Translations under genes and position numbers: made by a program
In this document: positions 63,545 through 64,000 of the stretch, piece by piece
How the letters are laid out: every line of letters begins with the position of its first letter
Numbering within the stretch: position 1 is the stretch's first letter
Virus record (IMG/VR): IMGVR_UViG_3300032282_002415
Location: 625-64,624 of that record
Length of the DNA stretch: 64,000 bases
Origin: a virus
Taxonomy: Duplodnaviria > Caudoviricetes
Strand: one strand, 5' to 3'
The notes under the pieces: generated by a model
Database searches by the model: none
What the model was told of the DNA's origin: nothing
The model's input: the letters and a program-made list of their open reading frames with translations, nothing else

Positions 63545-64000
63545 TTAGAAGAGTATCGCGTAGTACCAAGAATCGTCTGGTGAAATTGTACCAATCAATC
63601 CTTGCGTACCTTGAGTTCCAGTTGTACCTTGCGTTCCAGATGTACCTTGAGGGCCAATAGCTCCTTGGCTTCCAGTATTTCCTGTAGCCCCAGTAGCACC
63701 TTGAGCACCAGTGGCACCTGTGGTTCCCTGTGCGCCAGTAGTTCCTTGAGTACCAGAGGAAATAATTACCACAATCAAAGATGTGTTTCCAGCAAATCCA
63801 GTTGTTCCAGTGCCGCCAGAGTCTGTTAATGACACGGGTACTGTTACATATTGATTTGGATAAACTGTTTCTGCGCCATTAACTAACCAATTTTGATAGT
63901 TAGCAGAATCATTAGAGTCTTGAATAATAAGAGTATCGCCTGATTTTAAAAGCCCTAAAAATATATCAACGTCAATATTGTCATCGGTAAGGTGGTCAAG
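63545..64000 (-). CDS. collagen-like tail fibre protein, 5'-truncated by the window edge
   Basis: The frame is open to base 64000; G-X-Y repeats (GTQGTTGAQG). Confidence 0.8.
   Translation of the reverse strand, partial: LDHLTDDNIDVDIFLGLLKSGDTLIIQDSNDSANYQNWLVNGAETVYPNQYVTVPVSLTDSGGTGTTGFAGNTSLIVVIISSGTQGTTGAQGTTGATGAQGATGATGNTGSQGAIGPQGTSGTQGTTGTQGTQGLIGTISPDDSWYYAILF

Noticed and set aside
1-64000. Stop-codon reassignment
   Set aside because: Core genes are full length under the standard code, and TAA, TAG and TGA all end genes at coupled junctions.

Overview
This window is a 64-kb fragment of a lytic-looking, low-GC myovirus genome with a contractile tail. The host is most likely an actinobacterium: the window carries whiB and many leaderless TANNNT-N6-ATG starts, and the gene set recalls Bxz1-type and freshwater actinophages. 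Layout: (1) 1-6750, + strand, tiny acidic or Cys-rich early-type ORFs, a ~700-bp non-coding region with three perfect DnaA boxes, an excisionase-like HTH and a secreted subtilase; (2) 6793-35300, - strand, class II RNR, a nucleotidyltransferase/HAD/TGT-fold trio, an array of small proteins with shared N-terminal peptides, metallophosphoesterase, SpoVS, resolvases, Cas4-like nuclease, WhiB, RecA, PolA, SSB, SNF2 helicase, dNMP kinase, primase, DnaB, DnaC-like loader and initiator; (3) 35600-53400, baseplate, tape measure, tube, sheath, neck and FN3 proteins; (4) 53400-64000, a glycosylation/hydroxylation enzyme cassette downstream of Gly-rich, repeat and collagen-like fibre genes. The best candidates for new biology are the N-terminally tagged small-protein array (12977-16334) and a prolyl-hydroxylase plus Gnt1-like GlcNAc transferase cassette next to a mirror-symmetric Asn/Pro-repeat virion protein (57110-63194). 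All family calls come from motif recognition by eye; no database search was run.
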